52,057 nt of DNA from Thermoproteota archaeon (GTDB lineage: Archaea > Thermoproteota > Methanomethylicia > Methanomethylicales > Methanomethylicaceae): positions 1 through 52,057 of the forward strand of contig JASFYL010000003.1 in the NCBI GenBank assembly GCA_030055575.1, read 5' to 3'. The translations under genes and the position numbers were made by a program. The notes under the pieces were generated by a model. It did not search any database. It worked only from the letters and a program-made list of their open reading frames with translations, and was not told the DNA's origin. Shown in pieces: positions 18,672 through 28,826 of the stretch. Positions within the stretch are counted from its first letter, which is position 1; every line of letters begins with the position of its first letter.

Positions 18672-19049
18672 ATGGATGACTCCCACATGACAGCTCAAAA
18701 CGGGATGCCTGGGCTCAGGGAAGGAGAGGCTCCGAAGAGCAACGAACAGAGAATATCAAAGGCATTAGAAGCTGTGGAGAGCGGGGCTGTGAAGAAGTAT
18801 GTATTCAAACCCAGCATGAGGACTGTTTGGATCGTGGTTGGGAAAGAAAGAGAGTACCAAGTGATACCAAAACTGTATTGTCAGTGCGATGATTTTTACA
18901 TAAATGTCGTCATAAGAAGGAAGGCGACTGCATGCTACCATCTAATTGCTCAGGAGATCGCCGAAAGTCAGGGCAAATACGAGAAGTATAATGCCACGGA
19001 TACCGATTTTTTAAGGCTCAATAAAGAATGGAAGAGGCAAACAGCCTAG
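18672..19049 (+). CDS. SWIM zinc-finger protein
   Basis: WIVVG...EY...YCQCDDF...CYH (CxC-xn-CxH). Confidence 0.85.
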   Translation: MDDSHMTAQNGMPGLREGEAPKSNEQRISKALEAVESGAVKKYVFKPSMRTVWIVVGKEREYQVIPKLYCQCDDFYINVVIRRKATACYHLIAQEIAESQGKYEKYNATDTDFLRLNKEWKRQTA

Positions 19050-19125
19050 GTGAATAGATTTTGATGCATACTCCTGCATGGATTACCTCCGGAACGATGG
19101 AGATGTGGGGGAGATGGTGATCCCT

Positions 19126-20199
19126 ATGAGCGATTTCGACAGACTATTCAGTTCCCTTAAAGAGAAATCAGGACTCATCGAAACCGAACTCAAAAGTCGG
19201 ATAGAGGATAAAAAAAGTTCTTTAGGACATCTAGTTAATGATGATGTCGCACTGAGGTTGGTGGCGAAGGATCTTGGCGTGAACATTTATGAGGAACAGA
19301 CCGAGAAACCTGCGGTTAAGATCGAGGATCTGATACCAGGGCTGAGCAACATATCTGTCTCAGTCAGGATCCAAAGGGCTGGAGAAATCAAGGAGTTTAC
19401 CAGAAAAGACGGCAGTCGTGGGAAGGTAGCGAGGGTTAGGGTGGCTGACGAGACTGGATCTGCTACGCTTGTCCTCTGGGACGAAAGCGCATGCATCGTT
19501 TCCGAGCTGGTTGAGGGCACCACAATATCAATCCATTCTGCATATACCAAACAGGGGTTCAATGGCGTTGAGCTGCACATAGGTCAGAAAGGCAGAATCG
19601 AGATCATTTCGAAATCTGAGAATACGCTAAAAGGAACCGTCGTAAGGGTTTACGACCCAATCGATTTCACTAGCCGAGATGGAAGACATGGCAGGGTTGT
19701 CGCGTTCACCGTTAGAAACGAGCAGGAATTTAAGGTACTGGTCTGGAACCCTTCAGACAACATTGTGTTGAATATTAAGGAAGGGATTGTCGTTGAGATC
19801 GTAGGTGGAACCAGGAAGAGGGGGCTAAACGGGGAACCCGAGATCCACATAAATAACGAAAAGATCATCAAATTTCTTAACCAAACTTCGGACATTGATC
19901 AGATGAAAGCCAAGAGGTTGTCCGAGATAAAAGACGAAGAGAAAGACCTAGTCGTGGAAGGGATAATCGAAAGCGAATCGAACCTCTGCGATACCCAGAG
20001 TGGGAAACAATACGTCAGATTACTTCTTAGAGACCAGGAGGCGACCCTCCCAATAACATTCTGGAACGAAAAGGCGGAAAGAATCGCAAGGATGGCGAAG
20101 AGAGGTATGCGGATGAGGATCGAGGGCTGCAGTTCGAGATTCACCCCCAACGGCCTTGAAATAATAGTCAATAGATGGAGTAGAATTATATTGAATTAA
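19126..20199 (+). CDS. Replication protein A-like multi-OB-fold ssDNA-binding protein
   Basis: N-terminal helical segment then three OB folds (EFTRKDGSRGKVARVRVADETGSATLVLWD); GGTGA SD before ATG 19126. Confidence 0.88.
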   Translation: MSDFDRLFSSLKEKSGLIETELKSRIEDKKSSLGHLVNDDVALRLVAKDLGVNIYEEQTEKPAVKIEDLIPGLSNISVSVRIQRAGEIKEFTRKDGSRGKVARVRVADETGSATLVLWDESACIVSELVEGTTISIHSAYTKQGFNGVELHIGQKGRIEIISKSENTLKGTVVRVYDPIDFTSRDGRHGRVVAFTVRNEQEFKVLVWNPSDNIVLNIKEGIVVEIVGGTRKRGLNGEPEIHINNEKIIKFLNQTSDIDQMKAKRLSEIKDEEKDLVVEGIIESESNLCDTQSGKQYVRLLLRDQEATLPITFWNEKAERIARMAKRGMRMRIEGCSSRFTPNGLEIIVNRWSRIILN

Positions 20200-20267
20200 A
20201 CCGACGGATACAGAAAGGTTCTTATTTGCTATTTTTAGAGGGTAAGACGTTCAGAGAGATGATGGTC

Positions 20268-20528
20268 GTGGGAGGTAGAAAGAGGAAGAAGGTAGTAAGG
20301 CGGATGAAAAGAAGCATACCCAAGATATTTTCCTGCCCCAATTGTGGTGAAAAGACGCTTGCAGTCGAGATCAACAGGGAAATGGGCATAGCCGAGATCA
20401 AATGCGGCAAATGCAAAATAAACTACTCGCTGGAGATCTCGTCTGTGGAGCACGCGGTCGATGCATATGGAAAGTTTATCGACAAGTACTACAGCGAGGA
20501 AAAGGAGGATAGAAATGAAGAGGGTTGA
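20268..20528 (+). CDS. elf1: Transcription elongation factor Elf1
   Basis: GGRKRKK basic N-terminus, IPKIFSCPNCG, CGKC, VDAYGKFID. Start uncertain (20259-20268). Confidence 0.92.
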   Translation: MGGRKRKKVVRRMKRSIPKIFSCPNCGEKTLAVEINREMGIAEIKCGKCKINYSLEISSVEHAVDAYGKFIDKYYSEEKEDRNEEG

Positions 20529-21276
20529 AGAGTACATAAATGAAAAGATAAAGTCAAAAGGATGCATACACATGGCGCTTGTCGACCCAGACAAGTGCAC
20601 TCCGGAAGAGGCGCGCTCAATTTCGCAAAATTGCCAAGAGCTCGGGAGCTCGGCATTGATGATAGGAGGATCCACCTGTGTGGGAGGGGGGCCCCTAGAT
20701 GAGACGGTAAAAGGCCTGAAGTCTGGCTCTGGGCTGCCCGTCATCTTGTTCCCAGGAAGCCTCTTCGGATTGAGCAGATACGCGGACGCAGTCTGGTTCA
20801 TGTCGGTGCTGAACTCCACAAACACCTACTACATGACCGGGGCACAGGCGATAGGTTCGAGGATGGTGAAGGAATACGGTTTGGAGGCGATCCCGCTCGG
20901 ATACATCATAATAAGCCCCGGAGGTACCGCTGGCTTCATAAGCCAAGCTATGGCGGTTCCCTACGACAAGCCAGAGGTGGCATCCATCTATGCACTTGCT
21001 GCCCAGTACATGGGTATGCGCTTTGTCTACCTAGAGAGAGGCTCTGGTTCAGATTCCCCGGTATCCCCCAAGATGGTTCAATCGGTTAAGCAAACCGCCT
21101 CCAATGTAAAACTGATTGTCGGAGGCGGAATAAGGACGAAGGAGCAGGCCAAGGAACTAGCTAAGGCTGGTGCAGACATAATAGTGACCGGAAATATAAT
21201 CGAAGAAAAGGGCATCAACGAGCTGAGAGATATCATCGGGGGAATCGAGGAAGGAGTAAATGAAAGAAGCGTTTAG
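20515..21276 (+). CDS. Geranylgeranylglyceryl phosphate synthase (GGGPS)
   Basis: HMALVDPDK, MIGGS, PVILFPGS, SVLNS, YLERGSGS, VGGGIR, IVTGN. Confidence 0.95.
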   Translation: MKRVEEYINEKIKSKGCIHMALVDPDKCTPEEARSISQNCQELGSSALMIGGSTCVGGGPLDETVKGLKSGSGLPVILFPGSLFGLSRYADAVWFMSVLNSTNTYYMTGAQAIGSRMVKEYGLEAIPLGYIIISPGGTAGFISQAMAVPYDKPEVASIYALAAQYMGMRFVYLERGSGSDSPVSPKMVQSVKQTASNVKLIVGGGIRTKEQAKELAKAGADIIVTGNIIEEKGINELRDIIGGIEEGVNERSV

Positions 21277-21850
21277 GAGAGAGCTCCTGAGGAAAACAAT
21301 ACATCTATCCGGTATCACCGTCCCCATTGTCTACTACTTTTTCAATCGAGAGTATGCACTTCTTTACACATCTGCATCCCTACTACTATTCGTTTTTCTG
21401 GAGTATGTGAGGATTCGCGCACGCTCCATATTTCCATTTTTGAGGACGGTTAACGCCATTCAGAGGCAGAGGGAAAAAACAGCAATGGCTGCGAATGTCT
21501 ATTTCTGCGTCGCAGCGGTAATTTCGATATACTTCATGAGCGGCCCGGCGAGTATAATCGGGCTCGGCACAGCCCTCGTATCGGATGCCGTAGCAGCTAT
21601 AGTCGGAACAGGGCTCGGGAGGCATCTTTTGAAAAAAGGGAAGAGCCTCGAGGGAAGCTCGGGCGGTGCATTGTCCAGCATATTTATATCGTACATAATG
21701 GGAGCCGATCCAGTTACTGCGCTCGCGCTCGGGGGCATCTTTTTGTTTGTAGACCTGAATGATTTTGGGTTTGATGACAATTTTACAATGCCTTTACTAA
21801 TGGCAGTTACCGTTGAGTTGATGAGGGCACTCCCATGGGTTCAGGGATGA
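21260..21850 (+). CDS. Dolichol/phytol kinase-like (CTP-dependent polyprenol kinase family) membrane protein
   Basis: ELLRKTIHL, SDAVAAIVG, KSLEGS, DDNFTMP. Confidence 0.85.
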   Translation: MKEAFRRELLRKTIHLSGITVPIVYYFFNREYALLYTSASLLLFVFLEYVRIRARSIFPFLRTVNAIQRQREKTAMAANVYFCVAAVISIYFMSGPASIIGLGTALVSDAVAAIVGTGLGRHLLKKGKSLEGSSGGALSSIFISYIMGADPVTALALGGIFLFVDLNDFGFDDNFTMPLLMAVTVELMRALPWVQG

Positions 21851-24800
21851 GTGAGAACTATTTCACCTGGCTGGAAGAGAAGACCTCAGAACTTTATGCG
21901 CTTGCAGAAAAGGCAAGAAAGAAAGGGCTGGATCCGAAGGATACCGTAGAGATTTATAAGGCGCAAGACCTCGCTTCAAGAGTAGAGGGGCTTATCGGCT
22001 TAAAGGGGATTGCTGAAAGGATACGGGAGCTTGACCTCAAGTTCTCAAGAGAGCAGACCGGATTTACAATAATTGAAGAGATAATCAACGGAAGGTTTGG
22101 GAAGTTCGAGGACGAGGTGGCGGCGGAGTACGCTATGAGGACTGCGCTAGCAATAGTCACCGAAGGAATAACTGCCGCGCCTTTACAAGGTATTGATAAG
22201 GTAAAGATCAGGACAAATGCAGACGGCACCAAACACCTTGCAGTATACTACGCCGGACCGATGAGGTCGGCTGGGGGCACCGAGCAGGCACTTACAGTCC
22301 TCTTCGCAGAGAAGATCAGGAAGTTGCTGCACCTCGACAGGTACAAGATAACTGAAGAGGAGATAGGAAGGTTCATCGAGGAGCTCAGGCTGTATGAGAG
22401 GAAGGTATCGAATTTCCAGTATCACCCTTCTGATGAGGATCTCAGGAGGATCCTCCCAAACATACCAATCGAGATTACCGGCCCACAGACCGACGACATC
22501 CAGGTTTCAGTTTATAGGAACCTGCCAAGGATAGAAACGAACAGCGTGCGCGGTGGAGCGCTGCGAGTCGTAAATGACGGAGTGTATGGGAAGGCTTCGA
22601 AGTTAAAAAAAGTCGTCGACAAGTTGGGATTCACTGACTGGGAGTGGCTGACAAGAATTAAGAGCGGGGAGAAAAAAGAAGAGAAGGACTTCATGGGCAT
22701 CACACCAGACATAAAATACCTGGTGGATATAGTTGGAGGGAGACCGATATTCTCCCACCCCTCAAGGTTCGGCGGATTCAGGTTGAGGTATGGCAGGTCC
22801 AGGAACACCGGACTGGCTTGTGTGGGGATAAATCCCGTAACCATGATAATTCTTGAGAGTTTTATTGCGGTTGGTACGCAGCTCAGGGTGGAAAGACCGG
22901 GCAAGAGCGCCACCATAACCCCTGTGGACGGCATTGAAGGACCGGTTGTGAGGTTGAAGAATGGGGATGTGTTGAGGCTAGAGGACGAAATCACAGCTGA
23001 GAGGGTAAAGAACGACGTGGAGAAGATACTTTTTCTTGGGGACATGGCTGTCGCGGTGGGCGAATTCCTTGAGAATAATCACAGACTGATGCCTGCAGGT
23101 TACTGCGAGGAGATTTGGTCAGAGGAGCTCGGGCAAAAAATCAAGGATAAATTTAATGGGCGTTATGATCTTGCGTCGGTTCACCTTGGGATAATGGTGG
23201 AGAGGCTCAGTAACTTCGTCAACCTTCCAACCTTATTGAAGCCATCCCCAGAAGAGGCGCTAAAGATATCAAGGTCGCTTGGTGTGCCGCTCCACCCAAG
23301 ATACACGTACTTTTGGGAGAGGCTCCACGTCGAAGAGCTGAGAAAGTTAAGGGCATGGTTCAAAACATGGCGAACAAGTAACGGACTTGAGCCTATTCCG
23401 GAGATCAAGAGGCTACTTGAAACGGCATGTGTTCCACACCGACTCGTAGGAGGGAAGGTAGTATTCGAAGATTTTCCAATAATGGAAGCCCTCTTCGGCA
23501 CCGAGAATGACTCGAACCAAAGGAGTCCCTTGGGCTTCCTGTCAGAGATCTCCGGCTTGTGTCTGAGAGAGAAGGGCAGAAGCTTCATCGGTGCCAGGAT
23601 GGGAAGGCCGGAGAAGGCCCGTGAGAGGATGATGAGCCCGCCGACGCATGTGCTCTTCCCAGTGGGCTTGGCTGGAGGGCCTCAGCGCGATCTCGCAAAG
23701 GCAGCTTCGGGAGGAAGTTTTGTAACAGCCATAAACATCAGACACTGCAAAAATTGCAGCAAAATCGTATTTGAAAGAGTGTGCCCTGATTGCGGGGGGA
23801 GGACCACTAAAGTCTACACTTGCCCCAACTGCAACCAGAGAGAATATTTCACGTGTGATGATGGAACAGGGTCCTGCCCAAAATGCGGTTCGAAAGCCGT
23901 GCCCTACGAGGAAAGATCGATATGCCTTGAATTGTTTCCCAAGCTACTCAAAAAGCTTGAGGCGAACAAGGACCTAACAGTCAAAGGAGTCAAAGGGCTT
24001 TCTAATCCAACAAAGGTTCCAGAAACCCTTGAAAAGGGGATCCTGAGGAGCAAACACAAAATCTATGTCTATAAAGACGGAACGGTAAGATACGACATAA
24101 CTAATGCGCCGCTGACACATTTCAAACCATGTGAAGCACATGTCAGCATTGAGAAATTGAAGGAGCTCGGATACACCAAAGACATCTTCGGAAGAGAGCT
24201 CGAAGATGAAAACCAGATACTTGAATTGAAGGTTCAAGACATAATCGTCCCCTTCAGCTGTGGGGAGTACCTCTACAGGACGTCGAAGTACGTCGACGAA
24301 ATGCTAATCAAGATCTACGGCAAGGAACCGTTCTACAATCTGAGGAGCCGCGAGGAACTACTTGGGCACATAGTGATAGGGCTCGCCCCGCACACATCGG
24401 CGGGGATCATCGGAAGGATCGTTGGATTCACCGAGGCGCGTGTCTGCTACGCGCATCCATTCTGGCACGCAGCCAAGAGGAGAAATTGCGACGGAGACGA
24501 AGACGCGATCATGCTTGCGCTCGAGGCGTTCATAGATTTTTCAAAGGAGTACCTGCCAGACAAGATAGGCGGTCTGATGGATGCCCCCCTTGTAGTCACG
24601 ACGACCATAGACCCCACCGAGGTCGACGACGAGTGCCACAACATGGAGACCACCGTACCCCTCCCACTCGAATTTTACAGGCTTTGCGAGGAATACAAGG
24701 AGCCCAAGGAGGCACTCAAGTGCTTAAAGATCGTGAAGGACCAGCTCAGGACAGCAGAGCAGTACAGCGGGTTGAGGTTTTCTATACAAACCGACAGAAT

Positions 24801-25275
24801 TGACCGCGGACCGCTGACAACCCTATACGACAAGATAAAATCGATGGTGGACAAAGTTGAAAGGCAGCTTTGCCTGGCTGAGAAAATTTCTGCGGTCGAC
24901 TGCAGAGATGTCGCAGAGAGGCTCCTAAAACACCACTTCATCCCGGACCTAGCAGGTAATCTAAGGGCGTTCTCGACACAGAGGCTGAGGTGCACCAAAT
25001 GTGGGGCGCGCTACAGGCGGATACCGCTCAAGGGCGTCTGCGTCCGCTGCAATGGGAACATAATCCTCACAGTTCACGAGGGCAACGTTAAGAAGTATCT
25101 TGAGGCTGCCACTTCGTTGGCAGAAAAGTACAACCTCAGCCCGTTCGTCAAGCAGCAGATCGCGCTTATCGGTCGTGGGCTCTATGCGCTAATCACAACA
25201 CAAGAGGAAAACGGCGCCAAAGAGGATGAGGACAGCTACGAAATTGGCTTGAGCCAATTTATGGGGTCACAGTGA
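21847..25275 (+). CDS. polC: DNA polymerase D large subunit DP2
   Basis: YYAGPMRSAGGT, GGFRLRYGRSRNTG, IGARMGRPEK, HAAKRRNCDGDED, GGLMDAP, C-terminal zinc fingers; no intein. Confidence 0.98.
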   Translation: MSENYFTWLEEKTSELYALAEKARKKGLDPKDTVEIYKAQDLASRVEGLIGLKGIAERIRELDLKFSREQTGFTIIEEIINGRFGKFEDEVAAEYAMRTALAIVTEGITAAPLQGIDKVKIRTNADGTKHLAVYYAGPMRSAGGTEQALTVLFAEKIRKLLHLDRYKITEEEIGRFIEELRLYERKVSNFQYHPSDEDLRRILPNIPIEITGPQTDDIQVSVYRNLPRIETNSVRGGALRVVNDGVYGKASKLKKVVDKLGFTDWEWLTRIKSGEKKEEKDFMGITPDIKYLVDIVGGRPIFSHPSRFGGFRLRYGRSRNTGLACVGINPVTMIILESFIAVGTQLRVERPGKSATITPVDGIEGPVVRLKNGDVLRLEDEITAERVKNDVEKILFLGDMAVAVGEFLENNHRLMPAGYCEEIWSEELGQKIKDKFNGRYDLASVHLGIMVERLSNFVNLPTLLKPSPEEALKISRSLGVPLHPRYTYFWERLHVEELRKLRAWFKTWRTSNGLEPIPEIKRLLETACVPHRLVGGKVVFEDFPIMEALFGTENDSNQRSPLGFLSEISGLCLREKGRSFIGARMGRPEKARERMMSPPTHVLFPVGLAGGPQRDLAKAASGGSFVTAINIRHCKNCSKIVFERVCPDCGGRTTKVYTCPNCNQREYFTCDDGTGSCPKCGSKAVPYEERSICLELFPKLLKKLEANKDLTVKGVKGLSNPTKVPETLEKGILRSKHKIYVYKDGTVRYDITNAPLTHFKPCEAHVSIEKLKELGYTKDIFGRELEDENQILELKVQDIIVPFSCGEYLYRTSKYVDEMLIKIYGKEPFYNLRSREELLGHIVIGLAPHTSAGIIGRIVGFTEARVCYAHPFWHAAKRRNCDGDEDAIMLALEAFIDFSKEYLPDKIGGLMDAPLVVTTTIDPTEVDDECHNMETTVPLPLEFYRLCEEYKEPKEALKCLKIVKDQLRTAEQYSGLRFSIQTDRIDRGPLTTLYDKIKSMVDKVERQLCLAEKISAVDCRDVAERLLKHHFIPDLAGNLRAFSTQRLRCTKCGARYRRIPLKGVCVRCNGNIILTVHEGNVKKYLEAATSLAEKYNLSPFVKQQIALIGRGLYALITTQEENGAKEDEDSYEIGLSQFMGSQ

Positions 25276-26130
25276 CTTGATCAGATCAACATCGTAGATT
25301 ATTCCTACAACCTCGTCCCGGACATTTGTGACGGGCAGCTGATCTATGTCGTGCTTCAACATCTTGTTGGCGCACTCAGATATGGTTGATGATTCGCTGA
25401 TGGTGATGCATGGAGTGGACATAACCTGATGGATCGGGAAGGACGGCAATGAAATCTTTTGTTTCGATATGTAGAGGACGGAAGAGGTCTCCCAATCCCA
25501 TTCTTGGGACTCTGACCCGGATTTGAGCACAGACTTCTTTTCCTCGATCTTCGTCTCGACAAGGCGTATCAAGTCCGTGTTAGAGACTATGCCGGCGACT
25601 CTCTCTTGGTTGTCGATGATCAAGAGGGCGTATTCTGATGCCATGCGCATGACCCTGTTTACGATATTCACTGGAGTATTGCCCCAGCAAGAAAGAACCC
25701 GACGGCGCATATAATCGGATACCTTAGCGCTAGACTGGGAGTTGGCGATCACCTTGTGAACCAGATCGCCGACGGTAATTATTCCCTTTAGTTCGTTGTT
25801 GGAGACTACGGGCAGGCGACGAAACCCCTTCCTCTTCATCGTATCGAGGCACTCATCGAATGTGGCATCCAAGTCTACAGAGACGACTTCTCGGTTCATG
25901 ATCAGCGCGATTTGCTCTTCGTCAGGATGCCGCAAGATGTCCTCTCTCGTTATGATGCCTATCAATTGCCTGGTCCCTTTCTTGACGACAGGCATGCCCG
26001 ATATACGCTTCTCCTTCAGCACCCGCAGCACCTGCTCCCTGCTACCGGGAACCTCGGCATAGATCACGTTTGGATTCATCAGCTCAGATGTCTTCAAGCC
26101 CCCATCCCCAACCAACCCATCCCTGCCCAT
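25267..26130 (-). CDS. Tandem CBS-domain protein (4 CBS)
   Basis: ISGMPVV, FRRLPVV, GIITVGDL, GIVSNTDL, DIDQLPV; WDWE motif. Start uncertain. Confidence 0.9.
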   Translation of the reverse strand: MGRDGLVGDGGLKTSELMNPNVIYAEVPGSREQVLRVLKEKRISGMPVVKKGTRQLIGIITREDILRHPDEEQIALIMNREVVSVDLDATFDECLDTMKRKGFRRLPVVSNNELKGIITVGDLVHKVIANSQSSAKVSDYMRRRVLSCWGNTPVNIVNRVMRMASEYALLIIDNQERVAGIVSNTDLIRLVETKIEEKKSVLKSGSESQEWDWETSSVLYISKQKISLPSFPIHQVMSTPCITISESSTISECANKMLKHDIDQLPVTNVRDEVVGIIYDVDLIKSL

Positions 26131-26153
26131 CCCAACTCAATAGCTCTTCAGCG

Positions 26154-27482
26154 TCACCTTATCTTAACATGGGCGTAGGCTTCAGTGTCGCTTGAGAAAC
26201 AATAGCGAACTTTCTGGAACGGACTCCGCAGCTCTGAAACTCGCAGCGAGATCTCCTTTGGGTCAGAATTGTCCACTATGATTGCCTTCATCAGGTCTGC
26301 GATCTCTACCATCTCCGACTTCCCCATTCCTAGGCGCGTGAGCTCCTGAGTGCCTATCCTTATGCCGCCGGGCGCACGGTAGTCTCTGCCCATCCTCTTG
26401 TCATATGGAAGAAGGTTCCTGTTCACAATGATGCCGGCTTCTTCAAGCCTCTTCTCTATTTCAAAGCCGTTTCCGTATTTTGAAACATCGACCAGCATCA
26501 TGTGGGACTCGGTGAACCCCTTCTTTTCGTAAAGCACCTCGATGCCGCGCTCGTACAGTGCCTGGGCCAAGGCTTTCGAGTTAGTCACAATCGCCCTCGA
26601 ATAATCACTATAGAACTCCAATGCCTCGGCGAAAGCAATGGCTACCCCTGCCACCGCGTGGAGGTGGTGGTTGCTAGAGAGACCCGGGAAAACTGCTTTC
26701 TTCAATGGTTCCGCATACTCTTCCCATGAAACGATGGTCCCATGCTGGGGACCTGCCAGGGTTTTGTGGGTGCTCATTGTCATGGCATCCACTCCGTCTC
26801 TCAGCGGATCCTGGAATATGCCTCCCGCGATTAGCCCTGCAACATGGGCGGCGTCGTACACCACCTTTGCGTCATATGTCTTTGCAAGGTCAACGACCTC
26901 CTTGACTGGATGGGGGAAGAGGAAGACGCTTGCGCCGAGGACAAAGATGCGTGGGGGCTTTCCCTGCGAGTCGAGCTCTCGGACAATCTTCTCGGTCCCG
27001 TCCAAGTCGATGTTGAACTCCTCCTCGTCGAAGGGATAGCTGTTCACATCCAACTTCCTGACCAGTCCCGCCGTCCCCCCCAATTTCTCCTTTGCATGGC
27101 TGATGTGCCCACCGGTGGGGATAGAGAAGGACATCATTACATCGCCCGGATTGGAGAACGTCGAGAAGACTGCCAAGTTGGCAAATACCCCGGAAATCGG
27201 CCTTACGTCAACAAACTCTCCCTTAAAAAGCGCCTTCCCGAGCTCGATCGCAAGGCGTTCTGCCTCGTCCAAATACCTGCACCCAGCGTATACCCTTTCT
27301 CCAACCCACCCCTCAGCGTAACGGTTTCCGAAATCGCTAGCCAGTGCTTCCCTCACTGCCGGGCTGGGTACATTCTCGCTGGCTATCATGGGCAGCGAGT
27401 TCCTTATGGCGTTATGGTGATCCTCAATACTTTTCAAGATGGCTTCATACGACTGCCTACCTGCAAGTCTTTTCCCTGGCAC
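26154..27482 (-). CDS. glyA: Serine hydroxymethyltransferase
   Basis: MIASEN, RYAEG...YAGC, GGHISH, YDAAHVAGL, STHKTLAGPQHG (PLP lysine), GIRIGT. Confidence 0.97.
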   Translation of the reverse strand: MPGKRLAGRQSYEAILKSIEDHHNAIRNSLPMIASENVPSPAVREALASDFGNRYAEGWVGERVYAGCRYLDEAERLAIELGKALFKGEFVDVRPISGVFANLAVFSTFSNPGDVMMSFSIPTGGHISHAKEKLGGTAGLVRKLDVNSYPFDEEEFNIDLDGTEKIVRELDSQGKPPRIFVLGASVFLFPHPVKEVVDLAKTYDAKVVYDAAHVAGLIAGGIFQDPLRDGVDAMTMSTHKTLAGPQHGTIVSWEEYAEPLKKAVFPGLSSNHHLHAVAGVAIAFAEALEFYSDYSRAIVTNSKALAQALYERGIEVLYEKKGFTESHMMLVDVSKYGNGFEIEKRLEEAGIIVNRNLLPYDKRMGRDYRAPGGIRIGTQELTRLGMGKSEMVEIADLMKAIIVDNSDPKEISLRVSELRSPFQKVRYCFSSDTEAYAHVKIR

Positions 27483-27583
27483 AAAAATTACCTCCAGCTG
27501 TCTAAAACAGAACTATATAGTACTACGAGCGTAATATACATAATGTTTAATAACACCAACAGGCAGTAAATCCCAAGGTGGTA

Positions 27584-27757
27584 ATGGTGCCAGCCAAAAA
27601 ACAGAAGGAAAGGGCGCCGATGCCAATGTCAGGGGCAGGGTTGATGCGGTTCTTCGAGGACGAAACCCACGGCATAAAGATCAGACCCCACTACGTCGTA
27701 CTGGGTTCGGTAATACTCATGAGCACCGTAATATTGGCACACGTGCTCTTCGGCTAG
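27584..27757 (+). CDS. secG: Preprotein translocase subunit Sec61beta (57 aa; absent from the ORF track)
   Basis: MVPAKKQKERAPMPMSGAGLMRFFEDETHGIKIRP followed by one TM helix; AGLMRFF..E...IKI.P is the Sec61beta signature. Confidence 0.93.
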   Translation: MVPAKKQKERAPMPMSGAGLMRFFEDETHGIKIRPHYVVLGSVILMSTVILAHVLFG

Positions 27758-28755
27758 TGCTCCAAGGGCTCAGCATCGAACCCCATTCTCTTAAGCTTGT
27801 TTGCGAAGAGCCCAGCGTACCCATGAACGGTGTAAACTTTCTTAGGGCCGCACTCTTCCACAAACCGCAGCAGCTGCGCATAGTCGGCATGACTGCTAAG
27901 AACGAACGTGGCATCAGCAGCTCTCTTTCCGAAACGCAACCCCCACCCAGTAACCATTGCCACTTTGGCATCTGGATGCACCAGCTTCACTGTCTTCAAG
28001 TTCAAGGAAGTAGGGAACAGGCAAACACAGTTCTTGGATCTAAGCAACTCCTCCCCTTCTTTTGCCATGTCATAAAATACCAAATCCCCCCCAAACGAGT
28101 TCACTGTGCGGTTAGTCTTGGTTATTGAGGGGTGGGTCACCACTGGTATCGAGGTGTAAAGGTTGAAAAGCCGGGTAATCTCCTGTGCCTTCCCTACAGG
28201 GTATACGAAAAAGCAAGGAACATGACCTTCCATTATGGTCGTTGCTGCCCATTGCACGATCGAGTCATAAACCTCCTCGCGATTCGGGAACACGAAGTCG
28301 GGACGACCGTATGTCGTCTCAATCGCGAGCACGTCACAATCACACGGGGAAATAGCCCGCTGGGTCAGCGAGTCTGTAAAATTAAAGTCCCCCGTATAGA
28401 AAAAAGTCACACCGTCACCATCGAGAAGCAGGGCTGCCGAACCAAAAACATGCCCCGAATTTACTGCCTTTAGCTGGAAATCATGGACCGGGATACTTTT
28501 ACCATAAAGGCATGGTACGACATTTCGCGGTTTCCTGTCTGAAACAGCCTCGTAGAGGGCGGTCGTCTCCCTCGTCGAATATTTGATCTTGACAGGATCC
28601 GTGAAAGCGACGGTATGATCCATGTGTGCATGGGATACGAATGCAAAGTCATAGTTGGGAGTTTTCTTTAAGGGATCCAGGATTATCGAGGCACTCTCCG
28701 ACGTAACAAGAATGCCATTCTGCCACTTGACAGAGAACAACCCCGCCCCCCCCAA
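27754..28755 (-). CDS. MBL-fold beta-CASP nuclease (Cft2-like)
   Basis: SHAHMDH, NSGHVFGS, YTGD, ETTYG, YPVGKAQE, LSSHADY, TVHG. Confidence 0.9.
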   Translation of the reverse strand: MGGAGLFSVKWQNGILVTSESASIILDPLKKTPNYDFAFVSHAHMDHTVAFTDPVKIKYSTRETTALYEAVSDRKPRNVVPCLYGKSIPVHDFQLKAVNSGHVFGSAALLLDGDGVTFFYTGDFNFTDSLTQRAISPCDCDVLAIETTYGRPDFVFPNREEVYDSIVQWAATTIMEGHVPCFFVYPVGKAQEITRLFNLYTSIPVVTHPSITKTNRTVNSFGGDLVFYDMAKEGEELLRSKNCVCLFPTSLNLKTVKLVHPDAKVAMVTGWGLRFGKRAADATFVLSSHADYAQLLRFVEECGPKKVYTVHGYAGLFANKLKRMGFDAEPLEH

Positions 28756-28826
28756 CGCACTGATGTTCTGCGGAATAAGTTTTTAACTTTTATCGAGGCT
28801 TTGATTAGCCATGAGATGAAGAAACA

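Noticed and set aside
24460-24500. Intein in DP2
   Set aside because: The usual insertion site HAAKRRN|CDGDED is continuous and the protein length is normal.
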